Shown in pieces: positions 1-10,853 of a stretch of DNA of 64,000 bases. The notes below the pieces were generated by a model, which was not told the origin of the DNA, did no database searches, and was given only the letters and a program-made list of their open reading frames with translations. Each line of letters begins with the position of its first letter. Within the stretch, counting starts at the first letter, position 1. This DNA is from an uncultured Candidatus Saccharibacteria bacterium (GTDB lineage: Bacteria; Patescibacteriota; UBA1384; XYA2-FULL-43-10; 1-14-0-10-43-13): positions 6,418-70,417 of the forward strand of contig CAYILA010000005.1 in NCBI GenBank assembly GCA_964364265.1, written 5' to 3'. The position numbers and the translations under genes are program-made.

Positions 1-1062
1 TCCGGTTCATCAGCCAATCTTTTGGCTTTTTCGGCTCTCTGCTCTCCGACGCTTGGAAAGAGGCAGATAAAGAAAGGGGACGAGGTCATCACGACCGCCG
101 CAGGATTCCCGACAACGGTCAACCCGATTATTCAAAACGGTTGTGTGCCGGTATTTGTCGATATTGACCTGGAAACTTATGAGATTGATGTTTTGGAACT
201 TAAAAAGGCGCTGTCGAAAAAAACCAAAGCGGTTATGGTCGCCCACACTCTTGGTAATCCCTTTAATCTTAAAGAGGTTTTAAAGTTTTGCCGCAAACAT
301 AAGCTTTGGTTGGTTGAGGACAATTGCGACGCTTTAGGCTCAAAATACGATGGCGAATATACCGGCACTTTTGGCGACATCGCCACCTTTTCCTTCTATC
401 CAGCCCATCACATTACCACAGCCGAGGGGGGCGCCGTTGCAACCAACGACCCGATTCTCTCAAAGATAGTCCGTTCAATTCGCGACTGGGGTCGGCACTG
501 TTGGTGTCCAACCGGCAAAGACAATACCTGCAAGAACCGTTTCAGATGGCGGTCGGGGGATTTACCGGAAGGATATGACCATAAGTATATTTATGGTGAA
601 CTCGGCTATAATTTAAAGTTAAGCGACCTCCACGCGGCCATTGGCGTTGCCCAGTTAGACAGATTGACGGGTTTCATTAAAAAACGGCAGGAAAATTTCC
701 AAAAATTATCAAGGGTTTTAAAAAAATATGACCAATACCTGACTTTGCCGAAGGCGACAAAAAATTCCGATCCGTCGTGGTTTGGTTTTATTCTTACCCT
801 TAGGGACGATCATATCAATCGCGAGGATTTTATGCGCTTTTTGCAAGACAAAAACATAGGTTCCCGGCTTCTTTTTGCCGGCAATATCACCAAACAGCCG
901 TATTTTCATGATAACAAAGAGATTAAATATCGAAAAATCGGGAAGCTTAAAAATACCGATCTTGTGATGAATAAAACTTTCTGGATCGGTCTTTTCCCGG
1001 CCATTACGGACAATATGATCAAAACAGTCGATAAAGCTTTTGGAGATTTTTTCAATGACTAA
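1..1062 (+). CDS. DegT/DnrJ/EryC1/StrS-family PLP-dependent sugar aminotransferase (5' end outside window)
   Basis: The ORF runs off the 5' edge. Translation has typical DegT-family blocks (NCDALGSKYDG, TFSFYPAHHITTAEGG, DWGRHCWCP). It sits first in a nucleotide-sugar gene cluster. Confidence 0.8.
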   Translation, partial: SGSSANLLAFSALCSPTLGKRQIKKGDEVITTAAGFPTTVNPIIQNGCVPVFVDIDLETYEIDVLELKKALSKKTKAVMVAHTLGNPFNLKEVLKFCRKHKLWLVEDNCDALGSKYDGEYTGTFGDIATFSFYPAHHITTAEGGAVATNDPILSKIVRSIRDWGRHCWCPTGKDNTCKNRFRWRSGDLPEGYDHKYIYGELGYNLKLSDLHAAIGVAQLDRLTGFIKKRQENFQKLSRVLKKYDQYLTLPKATKNSDPSWFGFILTLRDDHINREDFMRFLQDKNIGSRLLFAGNITKQPYFHDNKEIKYRKIGKLKNTDLVMNKTFWIGLFPAITDNMIKTVDKAFGDFFND

Positions 1063-1909
1063 AAAGATATTAATTGCCGGCGCCACCGGTTTTATCGGAT
1101 CCCGCTTGGTTCACGAATTGCTTGCTAATAAATTCGAGGTCGTAATTCTTAAAAGATCTATTGAGGATACTACCAGAATCAAAAAAGACCTGAAAAAGTT
1201 GAAGTTTTTCGACACGGACAAAACCGATTTTACCACGATATTTAACGAACAAAAGATAGATTTTGTGATTAATCTGGTGACCAATTTCGGCCGAGGAGAG
1301 GCAAATCAGCCGAGCCAGATTGCCGAAACAAATATTATCTACGGTTTAAAACTGATTGAAGCGTCCGTAGAAGGAGGAGCGGAGTGTTTTTTCAATGTTG
1401 ATTCAGCCCTAAATCCCGATGTAAATCTATACTCATACACCAAACGGGTTTTTCGGGATATCATCAAGAAACATTTTAAAAGACGGATCAAGATTTTTAA
1501 CTGCCGGCTGGAGCATGTTTATGGTGAAAACGACGATCTCTTTAAATTTATTCCGATGGCGGTTTCTAAGTTAAAGAAGAATGAAGACCTGGATATGACC
1601 GACGGTAAACAAAAACTCGATCTTATTTATGTTGGAGATTGCGTCAGCGCTTTCATTTTTCTAATCAACAACGCGGACAAATACAAGAGCTCATTTTCTA
1701 AATTTGAAATTGGTACCGGTAAAACGATCTCTTTGGGTCGTTTTATTAAAAAGATTAAGGAAAAATTGAACTCAAAGTCAAAGATCAATTTCGGGTCAGT
1801 CAAGTATCGGTCGGATGAACAAATGTACTCAAGAGCCGATATTAAAACTGTTGCAGGCTGGCGCCCCAAGTATGATTTTGAAAGGGGGATTCTTCAATTA
1901 ATTAAATAA
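1040..1909 (+). CDS. NAD-dependent epimerase/dehydratase (extended SDR)
   Basis: N-terminal Rossmann motif ILIAGATGFIGSRLV; ~289 aa. It overlaps the upstream gene, suggesting an operon. Confidence 0.7.
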   Translation: MEIFSMTKKILIAGATGFIGSRLVHELLANKFEVVILKRSIEDTTRIKKDLKKLKFFDTDKTDFTTIFNEQKIDFVINLVTNFGRGEANQPSQIAETNIIYGLKLIEASVEGGAECFFNVDSALNPDVNLYSYTKRVFRDIIKKHFKRRIKIFNCRLEHVYGENDDLFKFIPMAVSKLKKNEDLDMTDGKQKLDLIYVGDCVSAFIFLINNADKYKSSFSKFEIGTGKTISLGRFIKKIKEKLNSKSKINFGSVKYRSDEQMYSRADIKTVAGWRPKYDFERGILQLIK

Positions 1910-1921
1910 CGGGGCCTTCGT

Positions 1922-2935
1922 ATGAAAAGACCCACATTTTCTATTCTATTGCCGGTCTACAAGTCGGCCGACATAGTCAGCGAAACAATCGATAGTATAA
2001 GAAAACAGACCTTTTTGGATTATGAATTAATCATCATTGACGATAAATCGCCCGATGATACTTTTCTTGTTCTAAAAAAATACGCCGCCAAAGACAGCCG
2101 CATCAGACTGTCCGCTAATAGAAAAAATCTGGGTTATGCCGGCAATTTACAGAAATGCTTGGATAAAGCTGCCGGAGAATTTGTTTTTCTAATGGGTAAC
2201 GATGATATTCTTTCGCCGATCGCTCTTTCTAGGACATATAAAGCTTTTCAAATGGATCCCGATGTCGGTGTTGTGACCAGACCATTTTACTGTTTTGAAA
2301 ACAGGGACATCAATCATGCCGTTAGGGTATTTGGCAAACCCCTTGATCCATCAAAAGATCGGATTATTTCAATTTTTGATAGCAAAAAGAAATATCTAAG
2401 CGTCTATACCTCCATCGGCCAATTATCGGGACTGGCAATGCGCCGGCGTTGGATCGAAGCTCCGGTCAACCCCCATATTTTTCCGGCTCACGCATATCCT
2501 TTCTTCTCTATTTTCAGAAACCACAAGGTGGTCCATCTTAAGGACTATCTCTTGGCGGTCAGAATTTTTTCTAGCCAGACAAGATCAATGTCATCAATTT
2601 ACGATCCCTCTCCGACCTGGACTTGGATAAAGATGTTCCAAACACTTCTGCCGGGCAAGAAATATGAATTACCGAGGAATTGGGGCATCGATTTTATCGC
2701 AAGCGACTTTGTCGGTTTAATTCAAATTAAAAACTTTGGGAAATACCGGCAGCTTTTCCGTGAAATCGGAGTGTTGATAAAATACCGTCCCAAAAATTTG
2801 ATAAATCCTAAGTTTTGGTTTTATGCTATTGGCGTAATGCTGACACCGCGATTTATCTTAATTCCACTGGTTGATTGGTTCAAAAGAAGGGTTAAATCCC
2901 AGAAACTAAAAAATGTTAAGTTGAAGATGAGATGA
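1922..2935 (+). CDS. glycosyltransferase family 2
   Basis: [42 protein letters not shown] is a classic GT2 N-terminus with a DxD region. Confidence 0.75.
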   Translation: MKRPTFSILLPVYKSADIVSETIDSIRKQTFLDYELIIIDDKSPDDTFLVLKKYAAKDSRIRLSANRKNLGYAGNLQKCLDKAAGEFVFLMGNDDILSPIALSRTYKAFQMDPDVGVVTRPFYCFENRDINHAVRVFGKPLDPSKDRIISIFDSKKKYLSVYTSIGQLSGLAMRRRWIEAPVNPHIFPAHAYPFFSIFRNHKVVHLKDYLLAVRIFSSQTRSMSSIYDPSPTWTWIKMFQTLLPGKKYELPRNWGIDFIASDFVGLIQIKNFGKYRQLFREIGVLIKYRPKNLINPKFWFYAIGVMLTPRFILIPLVDWFKRRVKSQKLKNVKLKMR

Positions 2936-3468
2936 GAATAATCAGAAACACAATCGGATATCTTATTTCCTTGCCGGCCCGTTTGAAGGGAATGAAATTC
3001 GGCCGGAATAGTTTTATTGCCCCCGGCTACGATTTTCTTTTTGAACAGCTCAAGAATATCTCGGTAGGGGATGATTGTTTAATTGGAAAAAATGCTTGGA
3101 TTCACACCATCGATAGAGGTGAAATTAGAATCGGTGATCAGACGATAATCGGTCGTCGTGTCACCATTGCGGCCAGAAATAAAATTAAAATAGGAAAAAA
3201 CTGTTTGATTTCATATGATGCCTCGTTCCTCGATCATGACCATAATTTTAAAAACAAAAAGTTATCTCCTGCCAAAAGCGGATTAACTTCAGGCTACGAG
3301 ATTGAAATTGGAGACGGTTGCTTTATCGGCGCACATTCATTTATCTTAAAAGGGGTTCGCTTGGGAAGAAATTGTGTTGTAGGAGCAAATAGCGTGGTTA
3401 CAAAGTCATTTCCCAATTATTCTATGATCGGGGGTAATCCTGCCAAACTTATTAAAAAGATTAAATAA
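2932..3468 (+). CDS. hexapeptide-repeat (LbH) sugar O-/N-acetyltransferase
   Basis: Repeated [LIV]-G-x-x-x-x hexapeptides ([31 protein letters not shown]). ATGA overlap with the upstream GT2. Confidence 0.7.
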   Translation: MRIIRNTIGYLISLPARLKGMKFGRNSFIAPGYDFLFEQLKNISVGDDCLIGKNAWIHTIDRGEIRIGDQTIIGRRVTIAARNKIKIGKNCLISYDASFLDHDHNFKNKKLSPAKSGLTSGYEIEIGDGCFIGAHSFILKGVRLGRNCVVGANSVVTKSFPNYSMIGGNPAKLIKKIK

Positions 3469-3478
3469 GTAGAACCAT

Positions 3479-4501
3479 ATGGCCAAATCTCAAAAAAGGC
3501 AAAAAAAAATCAAATCCGATCAGTCAATATCGATCATCACCGTAACATATAATGCCAAGAATTTTATCAAAGATTATGTAAAATCAATTTTTTCCGGTGT
3601 CGCAAAACCAACCGAAGTATTGATATATGATAGCGGATCAACAGATGGTACGGTTGAACGGATTAAGAAGTATCAAAAATTGCATCCGGAAATACATTTA
3701 TTTGAAGGGGACGGTATTGGTTTTGCGGCAGGCAATAATTTTCTGGCGAAGAAAGCGACCGGTCATTTTTTGTTCATCTTGAATCCCGATACAAAAATCG
3801 ACCGCAATTGTTTATCTAATCTTGTCGCCAATCCTTTTCGCGAGGAAAAAATCTTGATGCCGAAAAGGTATCTTTTTGATGGCACTTTTTTGCATCACGG
3901 GATGGGATTGGATGTTTTTGGCTATCCGGCAGACGGCGAAATATTTTTTGTGGACGGGGCGGCAATCTTTTTAAAGACAAAAACATTTATCAATCTGGGT
4001 ATGTTTGATCCCGATTATTTTATGTTCCAAGAGGATGTTGATTTGTCCTGGAGAGCCCATCTTCGCGGTGTTGAGCTTGTAACAGCCGAAGACGCCTCAC
4101 TTTTTCATTACAGCGGTGGATCAACTCCAAGCGGAGGGATTAAAAAAGAAATAAAAAACTATACTACGAATACTTTCAAAAGGTATCTTGGCGAAAGGAA
4201 TACTTTACAAAACATCATTAAGAATTATTCATTTCCAACTTTGCTGATTATCATTCCGTCTGTTATTCTTTTTAGTTTACTTGAAATTATATTATTTACA
4301 GTTACACTTAACTTTAAATTCGTGGGTTGTTATCTGAAAGCTTATGGTTGGGTTATAATCAATATTAGAAAAATTTTAAAGAAAAGAAGGATTGTTCAGG
4401 CCAAAAGAAAGGTCAATGACTTTATGATACTGAAGAAGATGTATATCGGTAGTTCAAAAGTACAGTATTTCAAAAAATATGGCATTCCCAAGATAAGATG
4501 A
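3479..4501 (+). CDS. glycosyltransferase family 2
   Basis: ISIITVTYNAKNFIKDYVKSI ... GNNFLAKKATGHFLFILNPDTKID is a GT2 (rhamnosyltransferase-like) signature. The C-terminus is hydrophobic. Confidence 0.7.
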   Translation: MAKSQKRQKKIKSDQSISIITVTYNAKNFIKDYVKSIFSGVAKPTEVLIYDSGSTDGTVERIKKYQKLHPEIHLFEGDGIGFAAGNNFLAKKATGHFLFILNPDTKIDRNCLSNLVANPFREEKILMPKRYLFDGTFLHHGMGLDVFGYPADGEIFFVDGAAIFLKTKTFINLGMFDPDYFMFQEDVDLSWRAHLRGVELVTAEDASLFHYSGGSTPSGGIKKEIKNYTTNTFKRYLGERNTLQNIIKNYSFPTLLIIIPSVILFSLLEIILFTVTLNFKFVGCYLKAYGWVIINIRKILKKRRIVQAKRKVNDFMILKKMYIGSSKVQYFKKYGIPKIR

Positions 4502-5640
4502 ATAATAAAACAATACTTTATAATCTAAACACCTTTCCCGTGATCGGGAACACCGTTCCGTTGGTCAACAAAATGAGCTATTGGCAGAAATCCGGTTATT
4601 CTGTTACTGTTTTTGGGAGCCGAGCTTTGATTGGAAAAATTAAAAAAGAAAAATTTCTGCTTCCTTTCAAAGCAATCGAAATTGTCGGTAAGAGTGAATC
4701 TAACAACAAAATCAGATTTATGATTGAATGCTTGAGAAGAAATTTAATTTCATTGTCGTATTTGAAAAAAATTGAAGAGAGAAAATTCGCGGTTGTCTAC
4801 ACGATATCATCGGTTTTGGATCTGGTCTTTATCCCTTTCTTGTTAAAAGTTCGCAAGAACAAATTCCTTTGGTTGACTGTTTTTGACAATACGGTACCGT
4901 TCACCGGCGCAGGAAATAAGTTAATACGTTTCTTAAACTGGTTTTTCTTTAGCATCAGTATCCGGTTGATTAAAAAAGCAGACCGCGTCTTTGCTCCATC
5001 TGGTAATGTCCGTTCATATCTAGAGAGCAGACACTTTCCGGCTCAAAAAATCATACCAACTTGTGGCGGAATCGAAGTCGATCTGATTAAAAAGGCGAAG
5101 AAAATGAAAGGCATTAAAATCGATGCCTTATACATTGGCCGCATCAACGAAGCCAAAGGTATCTATGAATTACTCAATGTGCTCGCATTGGTCAAGAAAA
5201 AAATCCCGAATTTTCAGTTGGCGATCATGGGAAATGGCGAAGAGACCACGGTAATTAAATTTAAGGATAGGATACAGAAGATGGGATTATCTGATAATGT
5301 ATTCTTTTTGGGTTACAAAGAGGGACAAGAAAAATTCGACATTATCAAAAGTAGTAAATCCTTCTGGTTTTTTAGTGAAGCCGAGGGATTCCCGCAGGTT
5401 ATAATGGAGGCAGTCTCGTCCGGCCTTCGGTGTTTCGTTTATTGTCTACCGGCCTATGATTATTATAAGAATAATGAATTGATTATTTTTAAACAGAAAG
5501 ATTATAAATCAGTAGCTAAAGCGGTCATTGCTTTATTTAATAAAAAGGATTTTGAGAACAAGGCGGGCGCCGCCTTGCTGATGGATTTTTCCTGGAAAAG
5601 AATCGCCAAACTTGAACTTGAGTCAATAATAAACCGCTAA
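4498..5640 (+). CDS. glycosyltransferase family 1 (GT4-like)
   Basis: C-terminal EAEGFPQVIMEAVSSG motif typical of GT-B/GT4 enzymes. Confidence 0.6.
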   Translation: MNNKTILYNLNTFPVIGNTVPLVNKMSYWQKSGYSVTVFGSRALIGKIKKEKFLLPFKAIEIVGKSESNNKIRFMIECLRRNLISLSYLKKIEERKFAVVYTISSVLDLVFIPFLLKVRKNKFLWLTVFDNTVPFTGAGNKLIRFLNWFFFSISIRLIKKADRVFAPSGNVRSYLESRHFPAQKIIPTCGGIEVDLIKKAKKMKGIKIDALYIGRINEAKGIYELLNVLALVKKKIPNFQLAIMGNGEETTVIKFKDRIQKMGLSDNVFFLGYKEGQEKFDIIKSSKSFWFFSEAEGFPQVIMEAVSSGLRCFVYCLPAYDYYKNNELIIFKQKDYKSVAKAVIALFNKKDFENKAGAALLMDFSWKRIAKLELESIINR

Positions 5641-5649
5641 GACCCATTT

Positions 5650-8049
5650 ATGTCAAACAAATATTTAAAAATATTTATTAAAACCCTGCCTTTTTTATTT
5701 CTTATTCTTGTTTCTTTGATTCCCGTTTACTACACTCGGGGTAAATTGGCCATTGGCGGAGATACGATCTTACCGTTTAACCCGGAAGGGGTTCAAAAGT
5801 TTCTTTGGCAATGGTACGGAAGTGAAAACGGTCAATACTTTTCTCAGAATCTAGCGCCACTCTATTTGATTTATAAAATTGCCGCCTATTTTTCTTTGAG
5901 CTTAACGACAACCGCGGCCATTATTTTATTTACATTAAACTTTATCTCCGGTCTGGCAATTTATAAGCTTTGCAAATTGATTTATCAACCGGAAAATCCT
6001 CTCTACCTTTCTTTCCCGATTGTTTTTTATGTTATATCGCCGGCTTTATTGAATAGTTGGAGGTACTGTTTTATCTATGCCTTTGCGCCTTGGTTTGTTT
6101 ATTTTGTAATTAAGATATTGATTACCAGACGGATTACCATCCGAGATCTTGTCCTCTCGAATTTTGTCATCTTTTTTGCCTCGATCGATCTGCCAAATCC
6201 CAAGTATCTTTTCTTTTTATTTATATTTCTTTTTTCCGCGATGATTATGGCTTTGACTTTGAAAATAATTAATTTAAAGTCAATTGCCAGAAACTGGTGG
6301 AAAGCGGTCCTGTTTTCAGTGTATTTGTTTTACTTGATTATCCCATTGATTTTTTTCGCCTTGAGCTTTTCTCCCGGGAATTACAAAATACACATCAAGC
6401 AAAATTACAGCGACACAGGTCTTTTTATGGATGAAAACTCCTCGACTATTAACAGGATGGTCCAACTGCATCATAGCGGTCTCAACATTAACGCCAGGGA
6501 CAGGATCGCTTATAATGCTTCAAAGAAAGTCGTATTCGCCGGATCCGTGTTTTTTATTTGTATTTTACTGGGTCTATTATTCAAAAAGAAAAAACCTAAA
6601 TTTGAGATCGAGTTAATCTTTCTGGCACTGGTCTGTCTGTTCCTCTTCTTTGCCGTCGGCCCTAATCCGCCTTTCGGACAGATATACAAGACAATAGTCT
6701 CAAGAATAGGCGCCCTGGCCTTTTTGAGGACAACAGCCGGCGCAGTTTTTTTCCTCTCTATCTTTTATTCGGTGTTGTTATTTGGTTTTATCGAGAATTT
6801 CAAGGGCAAATCAAAACTGATAATTACGATTCTGCTAACCGTCGCGCTATTGGTATCGAGCTACCCTCTGATAAACGGTAAGTTCTATCAAAATCTGGAT
6901 GTGGTCGGAAATATGGCGATAGACACAAAAAGCCATGGGGTTAATCTGCCAAAGGAATATTTTGATATGAAGAAAGTGATTGATGAACAAAAAATCGACG
7001 GAAAACTCCTTAGTCTGAAAAATGATCTGGCCTATATGAATACAACCTGGGGTTATTTCGGACCAAGCGTTTATAATTTTATGTTTGATTATTACAACAT
7101 CGGTTATAACAACATATTTTCAACTCCAGAAAATCATAGCGTGGCCTATACGCTTGATGATAAGTCCCTAATAACCAATAAAAATGTTCCGTCCTTTAAG
7201 GTTGACAATACAACCAAAGTCCAAGAAAACAATCTTTTGATATTGAGTAGTGTCGCTTCAAACAGATATCTGCCTCATTTCTGGATTCCAAAGCAAACTT
7301 ATTCAAGCAACGAACCAATTGGAGATTTGATTCAAGATTCGAATCAAAATCAGTTTGGCAACGCTGTTTATCTGGTAGACCAGAACAAATCATCTCAAGA
7401 TATATTATCTGCCCTTCCAAAGACAACGGAAGATAAACCGACATTGGAGTATAAAAAAATCAATCCGACCAAATATCGAGTTATTGTTCATGGAGCAAAA
7501 AAGCCGTTTCCACTTATTTTTAATGAATCCTCGAATAAATACTGGAAGATATATTTAGAAAAGCATGTCCCAATCGATACTGAATCCCTAACCGAATCAT
7601 TAAGTCGCTATAATCAATTTAGGGGAGATGAAAACTTCCAAGCCACAAAAGAAGAGACAGGCAACTATATCCGGCAGGGTTTCATCTCTGAACTTAAATC
7701 AGGCGAAAGTTTAGATTTTATATCCAAAAATATGGCCGGTACTATTCAAAACAACAACCTGGATAATGGATCTTTTCTTGAAACTTGGTTTCAAAAATCG
7801 ATTCTTGATGATAAGCGACTGACTGCCAATGGCTATTCAAATTCCTGGTTGATGGATCCAAATACCATCTGCGGCCAATCAAACCTCTGCCAGATAAATT
7901 CCGATTCAAGCTTTGATTATGAAATAGTAGCCGAGTTTCTGCCTCAAAGAATATATTGGACCTCCCTCCTTGTGAGTATTTCCGCAGTATTCGTTAGCGT
8001 TATTTATCTCCTTGCGATAGGGCTAATAGCAATCTGGAAAAAGAGATGA
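5650..8049 (+). CDS. large polytopic membrane protein with extracytoplasmic C-terminal domain (putative GT-C-like glycosyltransferase)
   Basis: 799 aa. The N-terminal ~400 aa are strongly hydrophobic with many predicted TM helices, followed by a long soluble domain and a final TM helix. It lies in a glycan locus. No specific family could be recognised by eye. Confidence 0.4.
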   Translation: MSNKYLKIFIKTLPFLFLILVSLIPVYYTRGKLAIGGDTILPFNPEGVQKFLWQWYGSENGQYFSQNLAPLYLIYKIAAYFSLSLTTTAAIILFTLNFISGLAIYKLCKLIYQPENPLYLSFPIVFYVISPALLNSWRYCFIYAFAPWFVYFVIKILITRRITIRDLVLSNFVIFFASIDLPNPKYLFFLFIFLFSAMIMALTLKIINLKSIARNWWKAVLFSVYLFYLIIPLIFFALSFSPGNYKIHIKQNYSDTGLFMDENSSTINRMVQLHHSGLNINARDRIAYNASKKVVFAGSVFFICILLGLLFKKKKPKFEIELIFLALVCLFLFFAVGPNPPFGQIYKTIVSRIGALAFLRTTAGAVFFLSIFYSVLLFGFIENFKGKSKLIITILLTVALLVSSYPLINGKFYQNLDVVGNMAIDTKSHGVNLPKEYFDMKKVIDEQKIDGKLLSLKNDLAYMNTTWGYFGPSVYNFMFDYYNIGYNNIFSTPENHSVAYTLDDKSLITNKNVPSFKVDNTTKVQENNLLILSSVASNRYLPHFWIPKQTYSSNEPIGDLIQDSNQNQFGNAVYLVDQNKSSQDILSALPKTTEDKPTLEYKKINPTKYRVIVHGAKKPFPLIFNESSNKYWKIYLEKHVPIDTESLTESLSRYNQFRGDENFQATKEETGNYIRQGFISELKSGESLDFISKNMAGTIQNNNLDNGSFLETWFQKSILDDKRLTANGYSNSWLMDPNTICGQSNLCQINSDSSFDYEIVAEFLPQRIYWTSLLVSISAVFVSVIYLLAIGLIAIWKKR

Positions 8050-9575
8050 ATATTTATTTCCTTAAAAAAAATATCAAATATTTTATAGTTTTAATCTTTC
8101 TTAGTTCACTTTTCTTTTTGGGTCAGCGTTTTAATTCTGTTGATTACTCCACCGTGATGATCAAACTTCAACAGAAACAAACAGAAAAAATTAAAAAAGG
8201 TGTGTACGAGTCCAAATCTGGGAGTAAGCCGACGGAAATTGATCTTCCGGGCGATTACAAAAAAGGAGATTATATCCGTTTGCTCATTGATCTTGAAACC
8301 AAAAACGAACTCCTTTATCAAAATTATGAAAACCGGCCGATCGAATTTTCCATCTACGCCGCCTCTGAATATGGAAACGAGCAGTTGATCGGTCAATTCT
8401 CGCTAACCATACCCTCAAAAAGCAATTCCAGGGAATTGGCATTTAAATCGGAATTTAATATTGCGCGATTAATTATAAAGCGAACTGACACCAGGAAAAC
8501 AGGCGATCTTATTATAAGCAATACCAGAGTATATCGGTTGAATATTAGTGATAGTGGCTTAGGGGGTCTAAGGCCGACTATTATCGGCGGATATGAATCG
8601 GCCGGAATCGTGTTTCAGACATCAGCTGATCCCAGCGGCCGATACCCCTTCATTTTTAATCGAAAACAGGAGCTCTTCGGCCAAACATTTAAATCCGATA
8701 TTAAGCAAATTTCATCTGTCGATCTTGCTTTATTGTGGAAGGGGACCGGGGGATCGGGCGATTATATCATTGAATTAAAAGAAGTTCTTTCAGAGGGTGT
8801 TTATTCCGATTCGCTTGCTTATTACTACTTCAATAAGGAAGTGATGCAAGATAATTCACTTGGTAAAAGCGTCTACCGTATTCCACTGGCCGCCAACCTA
8901 TCTTTCGGTAAAACATATATTGTTACTATAAGTAACTATGGGGTTAAATTTAATTTATTTAATACTCTCAAAGTCGGAAGTCCGGAGATCGGAAACAACA
9001 AAACGCTTCCGGCAGTAACGAAAATAAGGGAAGGGAAAGTTAAATCGATCCCACCTTTGTTTATGAAGGTGAACGGAATCAAGTGTAGGGAATTCTTGGG
9101 CAGTTGTCTGCCGAACGGGGTTGTGGTTCAGGACTTGGGGGGTGGAAACGGACAGTATAATTATATGTCGGTTGGGGAGTCGACCGATATTCTTGATCTT
9201 TATAAATACGACCCGAGTACGGTGTATGATAATCTGGTGGGAGGTTTGATCGCGTCGGCGAAAGGAGAAACGAGTTTTTACTACAAATTTAATACAATCT
9301 ATACAATAAATGAGTTAAAAATTACCCTTGATCAAAGTCTCGCAAGTGCTGCCGACAATCGACTATTTTACTCTTTTGATGATAAAAACTGGCGGTCGAT
9401 AAGTCAAAACGAGGATGGCGATCCTATTTTCCAGCAAGTCGTAACTCCACCCTCAAACAATGAGAGAAATTTCTATCTTAAAATTACCTATGATCCAGAT
9501 GACGCCAGATATAAACACTCGATCTTCTTCGGTTTGGAAGGAATAAACATTGAAGCCTCACTTGTAGTAAAATAA
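8046..9575 (+). CDS. hypothetical membrane-anchored extracytoplasmic protein
   Basis: 509 aa. The N-terminus has a single TM/signal segment (YFIVLIFLSSLFFLG). The rest is soluble with no recognisable catalytic motif; the C-terminal part could be a beta-sandwich carbohydrate-binding-type domain (guess). Confidence 0.35.
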   Translation: MNIYFLKKNIKYFIVLIFLSSLFFLGQRFNSVDYSTVMIKLQQKQTEKIKKGVYESKSGSKPTEIDLPGDYKKGDYIRLLIDLETKNELLYQNYENRPIEFSIYAASEYGNEQLIGQFSLTIPSKSNSRELAFKSEFNIARLIIKRTDTRKTGDLIISNTRVYRLNISDSGLGGLRPTIIGGYESAGIVFQTSADPSGRYPFIFNRKQELFGQTFKSDIKQISSVDLALLWKGTGGSGDYIIELKEVLSEGVYSDSLAYYYFNKEVMQDNSLGKSVYRIPLAANLSFGKTYIVTISNYGVKFNLFNTLKVGSPEIGNNKTLPAVTKIREGKVKSIPPLFMKVNGIKCREFLGSCLPNGVVVQDLGGGNGQYNYMSVGESTDILDLYKYDPSTVYDNLVGGLIASAKGETSFYYKFNTIYTINELKITLDQSLASAADNRLFYSFDDKNWRSISQNEDGDPIFQQVVTPPSNNERNFYLKITYDPDDARYKHSIFFGLEGINIEASLVVK

Positions 9576-9597
9576 TTAAAATCGGACAGATGATAAA

Positions 9598-10014
9598 ATG
9601 AAAAAGAAAATTGTTATAAAAGAAATACCAAAACGATATATCGATTGGGGATTTACTCTTGTTGCGTTTGTTCTGGCGATTTATTTGAACTGGTCACTCA
9701 CAGTCGCTTTCATTCTGGGTTTGGCGGTTTATGGTTTCTTAAATGATTATCGGGCTGATTTCTACAAAATGATTGCAATTATTGCCGGGTTTGTATCGGC
9801 CTTCGCACTAGCTTTTAAAATTCAAGTAATCTCCAAGGAGTTGGGTATTCTTTCATTTTCCTCGCTGATAATATTATTGATTATGATTGTAATTGAAAAC
9901 AGAAAAGAAAAAGATGAAATAAATAAAAAACAGAGTGAAAAATTTACAACAGGAACAAATTCGCTTAAAAAAAGTTATTATCAAAAAACCATCGTCGGTG
10001 AAAAAAAATGGTAA
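9598..10014 (+). CDS. small integral membrane protein
   Basis: 138 aa with three hydrophobic segments and a basic C-terminus. Confidence 0.3.
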   Translation: MKKKIVIKEIPKRYIDWGFTLVAFVLAIYLNWSLTVAFILGLAVYGFLNDYRADFYKMIAIIAGFVSAFALAFKIQVISKELGILSFSSLIILLIMIVIENRKEKDEINKKQSEKFTTGTNSLKKSYYQKTIVGEKKW

Positions 10015-10853
10015 AAAACAGGAAGATTCTAATATTAGGAGGAGAGGGCTTCATCGGCAGGAACTTGTCTGATGTTCTATCGGCTGATTTTGATTGTTAT
10101 TCACTGGATCATCGGAAGTCACTTTTTCCCGGTAGTAAGACCCATTTCCTAAATATCGATCCATATAATAAAAGAATTAAAGATCATTATGATGTTGTGA
10201 TTGTTTTGATCGACAATCCCGTACCGCTCGAAGAAGTTGAAAAGACAGAACAAGGAATTTTAACAAATCTCGACTTGATATCTCCGGAGCAGATAATTGT
10301 GTTCTCTTCCGCTTCAACTTATGTCTTGCCGAATTCAGAATATGCAAAGCGTAAATTGTTGATTGAGGAAATTTATAAAAAATATGCAAAGAATAGGAAA
10401 GTCGGTCTTTCAATATTACGGCTTTTTAATATTTTTGGTCCTTATCAGATACCGGATAGAAAAGGCAGTTTGGTAGCCAACCTATTTTTCAAGTATTATG
10501 CGAAAGAGTCTGTTGAAATAAATGATTTTAGCGCCGAAAGAGACCTGATATACTCACCGGACATGGCCCAATGTGTCAAAGAGGTTATTAGAAAAAAGCT
10601 TTTTGGCACCGATGACTTGGCGACGAATGAGATGACCACGATAGAAGAACTGGTTGTAAAGATCAATCAATTTATACCGGATAAAATCAAAATTATTAAT
10701 AAAAATATAAAAGAAAAAGAAACCTCTCCCAGTGCGTCAAGTCATATTGTGAAACGAATCAAATTGACTCCAATGGCTCAATCACTAAAAAAGACGGCCG
10801 ATTTTTATCAAGAAAATTGGCGAATAATTAAAGAAAAAACAGGAAGATGTTAA
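10008..10853 (+). CDS. NAD-dependent epimerase/dehydratase family protein
   Basis: N-terminal ILILGGEGFIGRNLSDVL Rossmann motif; 281 aa. Confidence 0.6.
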   Translation: MVKNRKILILGGEGFIGRNLSDVLSADFDCYSLDHRKSLFPGSKTHFLNIDPYNKRIKDHYDVVIVLIDNPVPLEEVEKTEQGILTNLDLISPEQIIVFSSASTYVLPNSEYAKRKLLIEEIYKKYAKNRKVGLSILRLFNIFGPYQIPDRKGSLVANLFFKYYAKESVEINDFSAERDLIYSPDMAQCVKEVIRKKLFGTDDLATNEMTTIEELVVKINQFIPDKIKIINKNIKEKETSPSASSHIVKRIKLTPMAQSLKKTADFYQENWRIIKEKTGRC